Part shown: positions 1 through 8,777 of the stretch, in pieces
Numbering within the stretch: the first letter of the stretch is position 1
How the letters are laid out: each line of letters starts with the position of its first letter
DNA from: Candidatus Omnitrophota bacterium
GTDB taxonomy: Bacteria; Omnitrophota; Omnitrophia; Omnitrophales; Aquincolibacteriaceae
Assembly: GCA_043803685.1 (NCBI GenBank)
Contig: JAZDJU010000031.1
Span: 85,301 to 149,300 of the forward strand
DNA: 64,000 bases
Direction: 5' to 3'
Made by a program: the position numbers and the translations under genes
The notes under the pieces: model-generated
What the model was told of the DNA's origin: nothing
What the model saw: only the letters and a program-made list of their open reading frames with translations
Databases searched by the model: none

Positions 1-65
1 CGGAATTTGCGCTAGATAAAGATGAAGGTTACGATCGGATGCGGTTTCTTGCGCTTGAAGAAGGG

Positions 66-494
66 ATGAGACGCGAAACACTGGAATATTATGCGAATGC
101 TTATCAGGCTGCCGGAGAATCGGGAGTACGCGCGCTTTCTTACAAGAAAAAGATGCCGGAAAGCATCCGAGCCGAAGCCGTTAAGGCCGTGAATGAATTT
201 CTTCTCAACCGTCTTCCCAAAAATCTCCCTGCCGGAACAATCTGGTTCCAGTCCGTTGCCAAGGACAACCATATCACCGCACTTGAGAAGCGGCCTTTGT
301 TCAGTGCCCCTAAACAGTCCTCAGCTATTGAAATTTTTCAGATTCGGTATACCGATTACGATCAGCGGTGGCACCTTTACTGGAAGCGCGCTTCAGGGAA
401 ATGGTGGCCCTACATCGGGAAAAAAGAGATGAAATCCGTTAAAGATTGCCTTCGTGAAGTAACGGACGATGATTCAGGATGTTTTCGGGGTTGA
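66..494 (+). CDS. DUF3024-like hypothetical protein
   Basis: ORF 39..494; ATG at 66 follows a purine-rich RBS. C-terminal 'QIRY..YDQRWHLYWKRASGKWWPY...DDDSGCF.G' matches the DUF3024 pattern. Confidence 0.6.
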   Translation: MRRETLEYYANAYQAAGESGVRALSYKKKMPESIRAEAVKAVNEFLLNRLPKNLPAGTIWFQSVAKDNHITALEKRPLFSAPKQSSAIEIFQIRYTDYDQRWHLYWKRASGKWWPYIGKKEMKSVKDCLREVTDDDSGCFRG

Positions 495-507
495 GCCCAA
501 CATTACC

Positions 508-540
508 GTTTCAAACTGCAAATTCTCCTCGAGCCAGTAT
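508..540. repeat. 33-bp direct repeat, copy 1 (copy 2 at 2028..2060)
   Basis: GTTTCAAACTG(C/T)AAATTCTCCTCGAGCCAGTAT, 32/33 identical. Both copies resume with GAAATGTTCC; copy 1 has a TCCGCC...GGCGGA hairpin in between. Confidence 0.9.
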
Positions 541-650
541 TTCTCTCCGCCACAATGCACTGGACGGATCCGTCCTTCGGCGGAGAAATGTTCCTGTGTT
601 TTATGACCAAAGCGGGGAAATTTGGGGGTCCAAAGCACTGAGAACAGGGC

Positions 651-679
651 TTGATGCTGACGTATAACAATGTTATATT
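651..679 (+). promoter_or_regulatory. sigma70 promoter with overlapping operator palindrome for the TA operon
   Basis: TTGATG-N17-TATATT; palindrome TATAACA-A-TGTTATA at 663..677; GGAGG RBS before the ATG at 701. Confidence 0.65.
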
Positions 680-700
680 TTCAATAATTGGAGGTGGATC

Positions 701-919
701 ATGACAGTGCTTAAGGCTTTCCGGTTACCGGTTCCGTTGACCAAACGATTGGCGCGGCTTGCAAAAGCAACGCACCGCAGTGAAAGATTTTATGTCGCTG
801 CGGCCTTGCAATACTATCTTGAAAATTACGTGGATGCGCAGATCGCCAAAGACCGTTTTCAGGATCCGGGCTCCAAGGTGATTTCCGGGACAGAATTGAG
901 AGCGCGGCTTGGCTTATAA
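701..919 (+). CDS. RHH-type (RelB/CopG-like) antitoxin
   Basis: 72 aa, N-terminal beta-strand 'AFRLP' followed by helices; overlaps the downstream RelE-like gene. Confidence 0.75.
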   Translation: MTVLKAFRLPVPLTKRLARLAKATHRSERFYVAAALQYYLENYVDAQIAKDRFQDPGSKVISGTELRARLGL

Positions 920-1169
920 GGTTGTTTATCTCGATCAGGTTGAGAAGGACCTGAGAACTCTTGATAAGGCGACTGCCCGTAAGATCCTGAACCGGATCGA
1001 GACCTACCTTGTTCAAGATCCCAAAGAACTGGGCAAAGCCCTGACGGGCGAATTTCGCGGGTATTGGCGCTACCGGTGGGGTGATTACCGCGTCATTTAC
1101 AAGATCGTTGAGCACGAGATCCTGATCTATATTCTCAGGATCGGGCATCGTAAGGACATCTACGAGTGA
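909..1169 (+). CDS. RelE/ParE family toxin
   Basis: 86 aa with 'GKALTGEFRGYWRYRWGDYRVIY...ILRIGHRKDIY'. Confidence 0.9.
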   Translation: MAYKVVYLDQVEKDLRTLDKATARKILNRIETYLVQDPKELGKALTGEFRGYWRYRWGDYRVIYKIVEHEILIYILRIGHRKDIYE

Positions 1170-1243
1170 ACGGCTACGAGAACGGCGAAAACGGTACCGG
1201 ATTCTTAGGAATCATATCGTGAAAAACAAAGATCAGGACTCAA

Positions 1244-1996
1244 ATGACTGATTCCAGCGTGATCCCCATTGTCCATGATTTCAGCAAGTTGCTTCAATAT
1301 GCCGCTGAAAAGAAACCGGCGCTGACGCCGTCTCAGGGGCTAATTCCGTTGAAACATGTCAGGGCAATGATGGATGGGTTCATGGTCAAAGAGCCTCATG
1401 AGCATATTTACGGCGACACGGTTTTTAAAAAGCGGGATGAAATGGAATATGAGAGGTTTTATTTTCTCGATCTCTTAGCGGTAGACGGCGAATTTCTTAA
1501 AATCACGGGACGGAATACTCTTGTCAAGGGACCGGGTTGGAATATTTTTTTTGCTGTTCGCCCGGAAGAGCGAGGATTTCTGCTATTTCATTCCTTTCGA
1601 TACAGCTTTTCCATGGATGGATGGTTATCAAGGGGCCCAGATTTTGGCGAGCAACTGGAGGAAAATTCGGAGAAGATCTGGCAAAAGATGCTGCCATGGG
1701 CCAGTCGTGAGACTGTAGAATGGCAACCCTGGGCGGAAGAGCTTCTCCGAAGCTGTGCCCTCCGCTGGAATTCACCCGACCAGAGCTGTGCAAAGGACCT
1801 CGCCACTTGGGCGTTAGAGTACTGTCTTATCAAACCTCTCGAATACTTTGGATTGGTTATTGCAGACAGAAATGAGGGAAAGTTCGCCAGATTGAAGTCT
1901 TTTCGCTTAAAGCCGGCCGGATGCGAGTATTTCGGAAGAATGGCAACAAAATCCGGCCATTTCGTCGCCACTTTACCGCCCTTCTCTTTGAACTAG
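1244..1996 (+). CDS. hypothetical protein
   Basis: 250-aa ORF with an AGGA RBS; family not recognised. Confidence 0.7.
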   Translation: MTDSSVIPIVHDFSKLLQYAAEKKPALTPSQGLIPLKHVRAMMDGFMVKEPHEHIYGDTVFKKRDEMEYERFYFLDLLAVDGEFLKITGRNTLVKGPGWNIFFAVRPEERGFLLFHSFRYSFSMDGWLSRGPDFGEQLEENSEKIWQKMLPWASRETVEWQPWAEELLRSCALRWNSPDQSCAKDLATWALEYCLIKPLEYFGLVIADRNEGKFARLKSFRLKPAGCEYFGRMATKSGHFVATLPPFSLN

Positions 1997-2027
1997 TTTT
2001 TGCTTGGTTTATTTTCCAAGCTCAACA

Positions 2028-2060
2028 GTTTCAAACTGTAAATTCTCCTCGAGCCAGTAT
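2028..2060. repeat. 33-bp direct repeat, copy 2
   Basis: See 508..540. Confidence 0.9.
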
Positions 2061-2073
2061 CGCTCGAAATGTT

Positions 2074-2175
2074 CCCCCGCTACCAATTTACGAAAAGACC
2101 GTCGGAGAAATCCGGCGGTCTTTTTTTATGTAAATTGGTAGCGGGGGCAGCCTGCCTGCCGCGGGCAGGGATTTG
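2074..2175. other. palindrome of tRNA-Met(i)-like 3' ends (att-like remnant)
   Basis: CCCCCGCTACCAATTTAC (2074-2091) is inverted at 2130-2147. Removing the REP-like insert 2151-2169 restores the reverse complement of CAAATCCTGCCCCCGCTACCA. Confidence 0.55.
2093..2127 (+). terminator. intrinsic terminator
   Basis: AAAAGACCGTCGGA-GAAA-TCCGGCGGTCTTTT stem-loop with a T-tract. Confidence 0.7.
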
Positions 2176-2190
2176 GCGCCCTTCGCTTTG

Positions 2191-3097
2191 CAGGGTAACC
2201 TTTTTTGTTCTCACTTCCGGTCCCATAGGTAAAAGAATCCCCAAAGCAATACACAAGAAAGGCGCCATCGTTGATATTCTTTGCCGCTCCTAATTCCTTG
2301 TGATAGAAGGAACCCGCGATCCTGAGACCGATCTCGATCATGACAAGGCACAACAGTACAGTGATCAGACTTATCAAAAGGCCGTGAATGAACAGCTCCA
2401 GGATCTTTGTAACAAACAATATCCTGGCAAGAACACAAAGATCGTCAACTTTGGGATACCGGGGTCGAATTCCAGGCAAGCCTTCAATTATTTCAAACAC
2501 GTTCTGACTTCCGGTGACTACGCGAGACCGAACGCCGTTATTTTAATGACGGAAATGAATGACTGGTAGAATATTGTGGATAATAACGAAGCCTTTTTGC
2601 GGTATAAGCCGAATCCTTTTTTGGCAAAATGCTACATGATGCTGATCCATTCCAGGGTCTTCAAGTTATTAACGTTGCGCTTCGCTCCGCGCAACACCCT
2701 TGCAGGGACTCATTTCAACTCCCGAACTGCTATCGCAAACGCTGATGCCCCCGGGGCGCGAAAGCGGCTGGGGGATAAATACCTGGATACCGTTCGTGTT
2801 GTTTTTGAGCGAAATGTGAATGATTTTATTAATTTTGCCCGGAGCGCAGGTGCCGACGTCCTATTTTCTCAATATCCCACGGGATCTTTGTTTGATCTCA
2901 GCCTCAAGCGCATTGCTAGAACAAAAAACGTCACAACGATTTATAACCAAAAGAGGTTTAAGGGACTTTTATCGAAGGATCGACGGGACGAATATTTTTC
3001 GGCGAGCTGTTCTTACTCTCATCCTAACGATAAGGGATACGCCATGATGGCGGAGGAAACCCTAGCGACTCTTGAAAGAAAATGGAAGTGGACGTGA
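2191..3097 (+). pseudogene. SGNH/GDSL hydrolase pseudogene (5' part inverted, internal TAG)
   Basis: TM helix and GDSFTYG block I are on the minus strand (2390->2191). NFGIPG, MND and HPN blocks are on the plus strand. In-frame TAG at 2567-2569. Confidence 0.75.
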
Positions 3098-3409
3098 CAA
3101 TGCTTAAGAGCGACCCTTGCTCCTGGCTCCCTCACAATCCAAAGGCAGCAGATTTCCCATGGGATTTCCTCCGGCCGAAAATCCCTGCGAACCGCAGCCC
3201 CTCAAGAACTCGCGAGCGCAGTGAAGACATTTGTTTCAAATTAGCCCCCGCTACCATTTGTAAAATGAAGAGCCGCTATCTATTGCAAGCGAAAATCAGA
3301 AGCTTTGTTTTCTGACATTGAACGACCTATCGCCCAATCTTGAGACATGGTCCCTAATAACATTTTCGGGTCAGGATCAATAGAATCACCATTTCATTGA
3401 ATTTCAGGT

Positions 3410-4507
3410 TCATTTCAGAAGATTGTGTCTTTCGAGTTCGAAAAGCATTGCCTTTGCGATTAGGCCATGCCCAAATTCATTCGGATGGCACCTGTCTTCA
3501 GGATAATCCGCAAGTTGCAAGGAGCCCGCAGAGATGCCTTTTGCTTTGTAATATGAAACCATATAGAAATAATCAAAATCGAACGTTTGAGCGATATCGG
3601 CAAATTGATGGTCGTTGGGAGATTCGCTATAAAGCAAAATGGGATGGATGCAAATCAAAAACCCAAAACCGTATCGTTTCTTCAATTGACTGATTTCGCG
3701 AAATCCTCGACAAATGTTTTCCATATTTTTATCAACCACTAGAGGGTCGGAAACGCTAGCCATTCTTGACAGGTCGACTCTCGCTTGAAAATATGCGAGC
3801 CGGGTTACTATAAAAAGATACAGTTTCGACCGGTAGAGCACATTCCTTTCAAACACGCGGAGGAATGAATGACGCTTGGACACGTACTTCCTGACAAGGG
3901 AAATTTGCTGCGCCTCGGTAAGATGGTTATAGTTCCCTTGGAACAAGAGATCGACGCCAGGAATGCGTTCATTATCATTAAAGAACATATTCAATATGAC
4001 AATATCCGGATCGTAAGGCAGCACTTTTTCTTTTAAGATTTCCACCTCGGCTTCTAAATTATATCCTCCCACGCCGAAGTTCATCACCTCATACCTTTGA
4101 GGGGATCCCCGATCCTGTTCTCGTCTATTTAATAAGTCCTCCAGCTTATCAGAGAAGTTTCTTTTCGCCGGAACGTTTTCGCCTTTAGTGATGGAGTCTC
4201 CGAGCATTGCAATCCTAATTAAACCTTTCGGTTTTTCTAAGACAAAATCCGCATCATTAAATCCCTGCTGATTGACTTTGACCGTGCCCACAATAAAATT
4301 GGGCAAATATTCGTATACTATTTTAGGATTTTCAACAAAGCGAAGAATGCCTGATGGACGAATGACCTCAGGGGCGAGCTCAAACTTCCGGAGGATATAC
4401 TCTGAAAGGCAAAGGCCAACGGCTAAAGAAATAGCCAAAAGAATCAGATTGAGTCTTATAGACGACTCTTTAGGATTCAAAGAAGCCACAGGTATTTCCT
4501 CTTCCAA
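3410..4507 (-). CDS. membrane-anchored SGNH/GDSL hydrolase
   Basis: LGDSIT, NFGVGGY, FFND and D.CHPN motifs; N-terminal TM. The RBS-linked ATG at 4514 is 1 nt out of frame, so the start is uncertain or there is a frameshift. Confidence 0.8.
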   Translation of the reverse strand: MEEEIPVASLNPKESSIRLNLILLAISLAVGLCLSEYILRKFELAPEVIRPSGILRFVENPKIVYEYLPNFIVGTVKVNQQGFNDADFVLEKPKGLIRIAMLGDSITKGENVPAKRNFSDKLEDLLNRREQDRGSPQRYEVMNFGVGGYNLEAEVEILKEKVLPYDPDIVILNMFFNDNERIPGVDLLFQGNYNHLTEAQQISLVRKYVSKRHSFLRVFERNVLYRSKLYLFIVTRLAYFQARVDLSRMASVSDPLVVDKNMENICRGFREISQLKKRYGFGFLICIHPILLYSESPNDHQFADIAQTFDFDYFYMVSYYKAKGISAGSLQLADYPEDRCHPNEFGHGLIAKAMLFELERHNLLK

Positions 4508-4609
4508 AGGTCATAAAACTCCCCTCCGTGCGTAACGCGGTAACTTCTTCCACTTCGAAGACAGGAGACGACGGTTGTAAAGGCCGATCCAAGCGGATAT
4601 TTCCTGGCA

Positions 4610-4715
4610 GAAATTTTCCGCATAAATTCACATTTGTATTCGATACTATAGGCGTTGTGAACTAGCCGGTCAAGAAACGCATACGAAAGCGTCGGATTCC
4701 CGAGGACCTCATGCC
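4610..4715 (-). pseudogene. istB: IS21-family IstB ATPase C-terminal relic
   Basis: 'HEVLGNPTLSYAFLDRLVHNAYSIEYKCEFMRK' resembles the IstB C-terminus (..DPTLADAILDRLVHNA..I.LKGESMR). Confidence 0.65.
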
Positions 4716-4837
4716 CGTCTTTGACCGGATGTGGGCTCACCTTCCATCAACTTTAAAATGTATTCCTACTGGCCTTTTTGGCTTATACGGGTAGAATGTC
4801 TCCCTCAAATTCACTCATATCCATCAAAGGAGCTACC

Positions 4838-5791
4838 ATGTACAGGGAACAGATCAAGGTGTTGGATTGCACGATCCGCGACGGCGGACTGATGAACAAC
4901 CACGATTTCGACGACCGCTTCGTCCGCGCGATCTTCAAGGCAGTCTCGGAGGCCGGGATCGACTATATGGAGATCGGCTACAAGAACTCCAAAAAACTTT
5001 TCCCCGGGGACAAGTACGGCGCCTGGAAGTTCTGCTCCGACGAGGACATCCTCAAGGTCACCGACGGGATTCCCTCGAAGACGAAGATCTCGGTCATGGT
5101 GGACGTGGACCGCGTGGACCTGAATGACATCAAACCCCGGAAAGAAAGTCCCGTGACCATGATCCGCACGGCGTGCTACGTCAAGGATGTCGACAAAGCG
5201 ATCGCGCTGGCCAACCATTTCGCGGACAAAGGTTACGAGACCGCTGTCAATCTCATGGCGATCTCGAAGGTGCTTGAGGTGGAGCTGAACGAATGTCTGG
5301 CCCAGCTCGAAAAAGAATGCAAGTGCAACGTGGTATACCTGGTCGATTCGAACGGTTCGCTTTATCAGGAAACCGTGGAGTATCTGATCAAGAAAGCCAA
5401 GAGCATCATCAAGACCAAAGAAGTCGGAATCCACGCGCATAACAATCAGCAGTTGGCCTTCGGTAACACGATCGAAGCGATCATCCATAACGCCAACTAC
5501 CTCGACAGTACGATCTTCGGCATGGGCCGCGCGGCCGGCAATTGCCCGACGGAGCTCCTCCTCGGTTTCCTGAAAAACCCGAAGTTCGACATCCGCCCGA
5601 TCCTGGACGTGATCTCCAAGGAAATGATCCCCCTTAGCAAAAAAGTCGAGTGGGGTTACGTGATCCCCCACGCGATCACCGGGATCCTGGACGAGCACCC
5701 CAAGTCCGCGTTGGAACTCCGCGAAAGCGACCAGAAGGACAACTACCGGGAATTCTACGATAGTTTCGCCGGGAGCTCCGAGGTCGAATAA
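4838..5791 (+). CDS. DRE-TIM metallolyase (HMGL-like / 4-hydroxy-2-oxovalerate aldolase-like)
   Basis: LDCTIRDGG, HAHNN and GMGRAAGNCPTE motifs; AAAGGAG RBS before the ATG at 4838. Confidence 0.8.
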   Translation: MYREQIKVLDCTIRDGGLMNNHDFDDRFVRAIFKAVSEAGIDYMEIGYKNSKKLFPGDKYGAWKFCSDEDILKVTDGIPSKTKISVMVDVDRVDLNDIKPRKESPVTMIRTACYVKDVDKAIALANHFADKGYETAVNLMAISKVLEVELNECLAQLEKECKCNVVYLVDSNGSLYQETVEYLIKKAKSIIKTKEVGIHAHNNQQLAFGNTIEAIIHNANYLDSTIFGMGRAAGNCPTELLLGFLKNPKFDIRPILDVISKEMIPLSKKVEWGYVIPHAITGILDEHPKSALELRESDQKDNYREFYDSFAGSSEVE

Positions 5792-6415
5792 GTGGATCTT
5801 GAACGGTTCCGCTCAAAGCCCCTCCTCGGGATCTTGCGCGGGATCACACCTTCGGAATTGGATCCCCTGTTCGAGACGATCGTAGTAAGCGGTCTTGAGA
5901 CCGTCGAGATCACGATGAATACCGAAGGCGCGACCGGGCTCATCAAGAGCGCGGTCAAACATTTCGGCAGCCAACTCATGATCGGCGCGGGCACCGTCCT
6001 GACTCTAAAAGACCTCCAAAGCGCGCTTCGTGCCGGCGCGACCTTCATCGTCAGTCCCGTGGTTGTCCCGCCCGTGATCGAATACTGCGTCAAACGCAAG
6101 ATCCCCGTTTTCCCGGGAGCACTTACCCCTCAGGAGATCTATCAGGCCTGGCAGGCCGGAGCGACCATGGTCAAGGTGTTCCCTGCCGGTTGTTTCGGCC
6201 CGGATTATTTCAAGGAGATCCAAGGCCCGTTCCCCAAGATCAAGCTTCTGGCGTGCGGTGGCGTGACGCCTGAGAATCTTCCGGTCTATTTCAAGAATGG
6301 GGCGAGCGCGGCCGCTATCGGAGGAAGTGTTTTCCGGAAAGAGTGGCTCGGCGCAAAGAAGTTCCACCTGATACGCGCCAAGATCCAGACATATTTAAAA
6401 GCTCTGGGTCATTAA
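5792..6415 (+). CDS. eda: KDPG/KHG aldolase
   Basis: GILRG, EITM, IGAGTV, FIVSP, KVFPA and GGVT motifs. Confidence 0.85.
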   Translation: MDLERFRSKPLLGILRGITPSELDPLFETIVVSGLETVEITMNTEGATGLIKSAVKHFGSQLMIGAGTVLTLKDLQSALRAGATFIVSPVVVPPVIEYCVKRKIPVFPGALTPQEIYQAWQAGATMVKVFPAGCFGPDYFKEIQGPFPKIKLLACGGVTPENLPVYFKNGASAAAIGGSVFRKEWLGAKKFHLIRAKIQTYLKALGH

Positions 6416-6431
6416 TCCCTAAGGGATTTTC

Positions 6432-6502
6432 GTGTCAAAGTATCAGGGTATCAGAGTGTCAAATTCCCGCTTTGACACGTTGAAACTTTGACACTCGGAC
6501 AC
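6432..6502. repeat. octamer-repeat hairpin (family A)
   Basis: 4x GTRTCANN, loop, 4x NNTGAYAC; lies between convergent genes. Confidence 0.85.
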
Positions 6503-6541
6503 TTCTCTCAGCATTTCTTGCGGGGCTTGGGGCGGGATCTT

Positions 6542-7297
6542 TTACTTTACCGCCTTCACGAGGACCATTTTCATGGTGTCCCAAATATCATCCTCTTTCC
6601 ATTGCACGTCATGCCTGGCTTTAAAAGCTTCTGAGGCGTTTGTATAAACGGCCCTGATCTTCAACCTGGCGTCCTCCCCGATGGCGCCGTGGTCGGTCCA
6701 CTGATCGATCGATTCCCTTGTAAGATATTCGGAGGATTGAATGGCCTTAAAACCCTGCCCCCTCAGCAGACGTGAAAAGTCGTCGGGCATAAAGAAATTC
6801 TTGCGGGAAGGGTTCCGGAGTTTTTGGATCAGGAACGTCTCATCCTTATCCTCCTCGCCATAGGCCGTAAGATGCGCCAGGACCACGCGCCCGCCGGGCT
6901 TCAAAACTCTGTGTATTTGCGCAAGGACGGCGCTCAATTCCATGAATTGCAGCCCCTGGCGGCACACGCAGACATCGAACGTATCATTTTCGAAAGGCAA
7001 CTTTTCGGCAGACGTCAGGACGATCTTGTCCGCGTGGGGCCGGGCCTGCGCCACCATCTCCTGGCAAATATCCACCCCCACCACCTGCTGGACCCGGCCA
7101 TGAAATGCCTGCGCGATCTTCCCCGTTCCAATCGCAAGATCAAGAACGCAGGCTTCCGGTCCGGCATCCGCCTGTTCCCGGATCTTTTCAATGAGCGCGG
7201 TATCCTCGACCCATCGGGAGGACTGATCGTATTTCGCGGCCCTTTTGATAAAATGGTCCCGGGCCGTTTCAGAGGCCGGGACATTTTCAGGACTCAT
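6542..7297 (-). CDS. class I SAM-dependent methyltransferase
   Basis: VLDLAIGTG, GVDIC, AEKLPF and RVLKPGG motifs. Confidence 0.9.
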   Translation of the reverse strand: MSPENVPASETARDHFIKRAAKYDQSSRWVEDTALIEKIREQADAGPEACVLDLAIGTGKIAQAFHGRVQQVVGVDICQEMVAQARPHADKIVLTSAEKLPFENDTFDVCVCRQGLQFMELSAVLAQIHRVLKPGGRVVLAHLTAYGEEDKDETFLIQKLRNPSRKNFFMPDDFSRLLRGQGFKAIQSSEYLTRESIDQWTDHGAIGEDARLKIRAVYTNASEAFKARHDVQWKEDDIWDTMKMVLVKAVK

Positions 7298-8702
7298 AGC
7301 AAGACTCCCGCTCTTTGGTGATGCTCCAGACCTGATGGAAATAATCCCTCAGCGTCTCTTCACTCAGGTCCGTCAGGTTGATGATCTCATCATCGTGATC
7401 GCTCACCTTCCTCAGGGAAAGCATCTTCAGGAACGCGAGCGTGTCCGTGATCTTCCCAGTCTTGACCCCGTAGTGATAGAGACTTGTTCCCGGAAAAGGA
7501 ACGAGATATTTGACCAACGGCAGGAACCGGCTCTTTTTGATGAAGGCGACCATCTCCTTGAGGGATCGTTCCGTCTCGCCGTACAAGCCGACGATAAAAA
7601 GCCCGCGTACGGCCAACCCCCGGTCCTGGGCAACTTTGACGGCGTGATCGATCTCCCGGACCTTGATATTCTTCCGGTTCTGGTCCAGGACATGCTGGTC
7701 ACAGGATTCGATGCCGAACCATATCCCCAGGCATCCCGTCTCTTTCAGGACCGCGACCAACTTCTCCGTGACTTTTTGCACGCGGGCGAAACAATGATAC
7801 CGGACCCCATGCTTCTTCAGGATCTTGCAGATCCCGATGGCGCGTTCTTCAATGACGTTGAACGTAAGATCGTTCAGCCAGGTGTAGTCAAAACCGGTCT
7901 CTTTTTTTAAGTGCGCGACCTCCTCTTCGAACCGTTCAAGGCTTTTGAGCCTGAGACCCGGGATCGTTTTAAAGCAGAACGAGCATTCCTGAGGGCAACC
8001 TCTCATCGAAGAGATCAGGATCTGGCCGTTCTTGAGGATCTCGTCGTAATTCGGCCAGACGGTATAATCCAGATGCGGCAGGTTATCGAGGTCCTTGATC
8101 TGAGGTCTCGGCGGGTTGATCACGACCTTCCCATTGTCTTTATACGCCATCCCCTTGATCGTTTTGAACGCCACCATGCCGGACCGGAAATATTCCTGAA
8201 GAAATTCAATGAGCGTGAGTTCACCCTCTCCGAGGATCGCACAATCGGCCTCGGTATGCTTAAGCAGAACCTCGGGCAGCGACGTCACGAGCGGCCCCCC
8301 GAAGAAGATCCCTTTCTCGGGATAGCGTGCCTTGATCGCGCGCGTGATCTCCTGAAGGAAAATGAACGAATCACAATAGGTGGCGATCCCCACAATGTGC
8401 GCGTCCTTAACGCCCTCGAGGACCCATCGCTCATGATCGCTTTTCAGGCGGCAATCGATGACCTTTAAGGAATAGCCCATTTTTTTGATCACGGTGGCAA
8501 TATACGTAAAGCCCTCAAAGGGGCCGGTGACCAAAAATTCCCGGCCGGGGGTCGGGATCTGGGGAGAAGGCGGCACGATTAGAACGACAGTTCCGTGTTT
8601 CCGCACAACCGCTGCCGAACGGGAAATGCTCCTTAAGACGTCTTCCTGGGGGTCCGTGTCATGAGACAAGTAATAGTTGGATGGAGGCAAGGACGTCGTC
8701 AT
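7287..8702 (-). CDS. cobalamin-binding radical SAM enzyme
   Basis: B12-binding N-domain (GGPLVT, GEGE), RGCPQECSFC, FGIES. ATG at 8702 preferred; GTG at 8768 is the alternative. Confidence 0.9.
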   Translation of the reverse strand: MTTSLPPSNYYLSHDTDPQEDVLRSISRSAAVVRKHGTVVLIVPPSPQIPTPGREFLVTGPFEGFTYIATVIKKMGYSLKVIDCRLKSDHERWVLEGVKDAHIVGIATYCDSFIFLQEITRAIKARYPEKGIFFGGPLVTSLPEVLLKHTEADCAILGEGELTLIEFLQEYFRSGMVAFKTIKGMAYKDNGKVVINPPRPQIKDLDNLPHLDYTVWPNYDEILKNGQILISSMRGCPQECSFCFKTIPGLRLKSLERFEEEVAHLKKETGFDYTWLNDLTFNVIEERAIGICKILKKHGVRYHCFARVQKVTEKLVAVLKETGCLGIWFGIESCDQHVLDQNRKNIKVREIDHAVKVAQDRGLAVRGLFIVGLYGETERSLKEMVAFIKKSRFLPLVKYLVPFPGTSLYHYGVKTGKITDTLAFLKMLSLRKVSDHDDEIINLTDLSEETLRDYFHQVWSITKERESCYES

Positions 8703-8777
8703 AAGGCACTTTCCGGAACATGCCCCGCGCAGGGTACGCGCAAGGACAACCTGTCTGTGATCATACACACTCCGAAG

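Noticed and set aside
2028-2175. Complete tRNA gene
   Set aside because: Only acceptor/T-loop 3' fragments are present; no D or anticodon arm.
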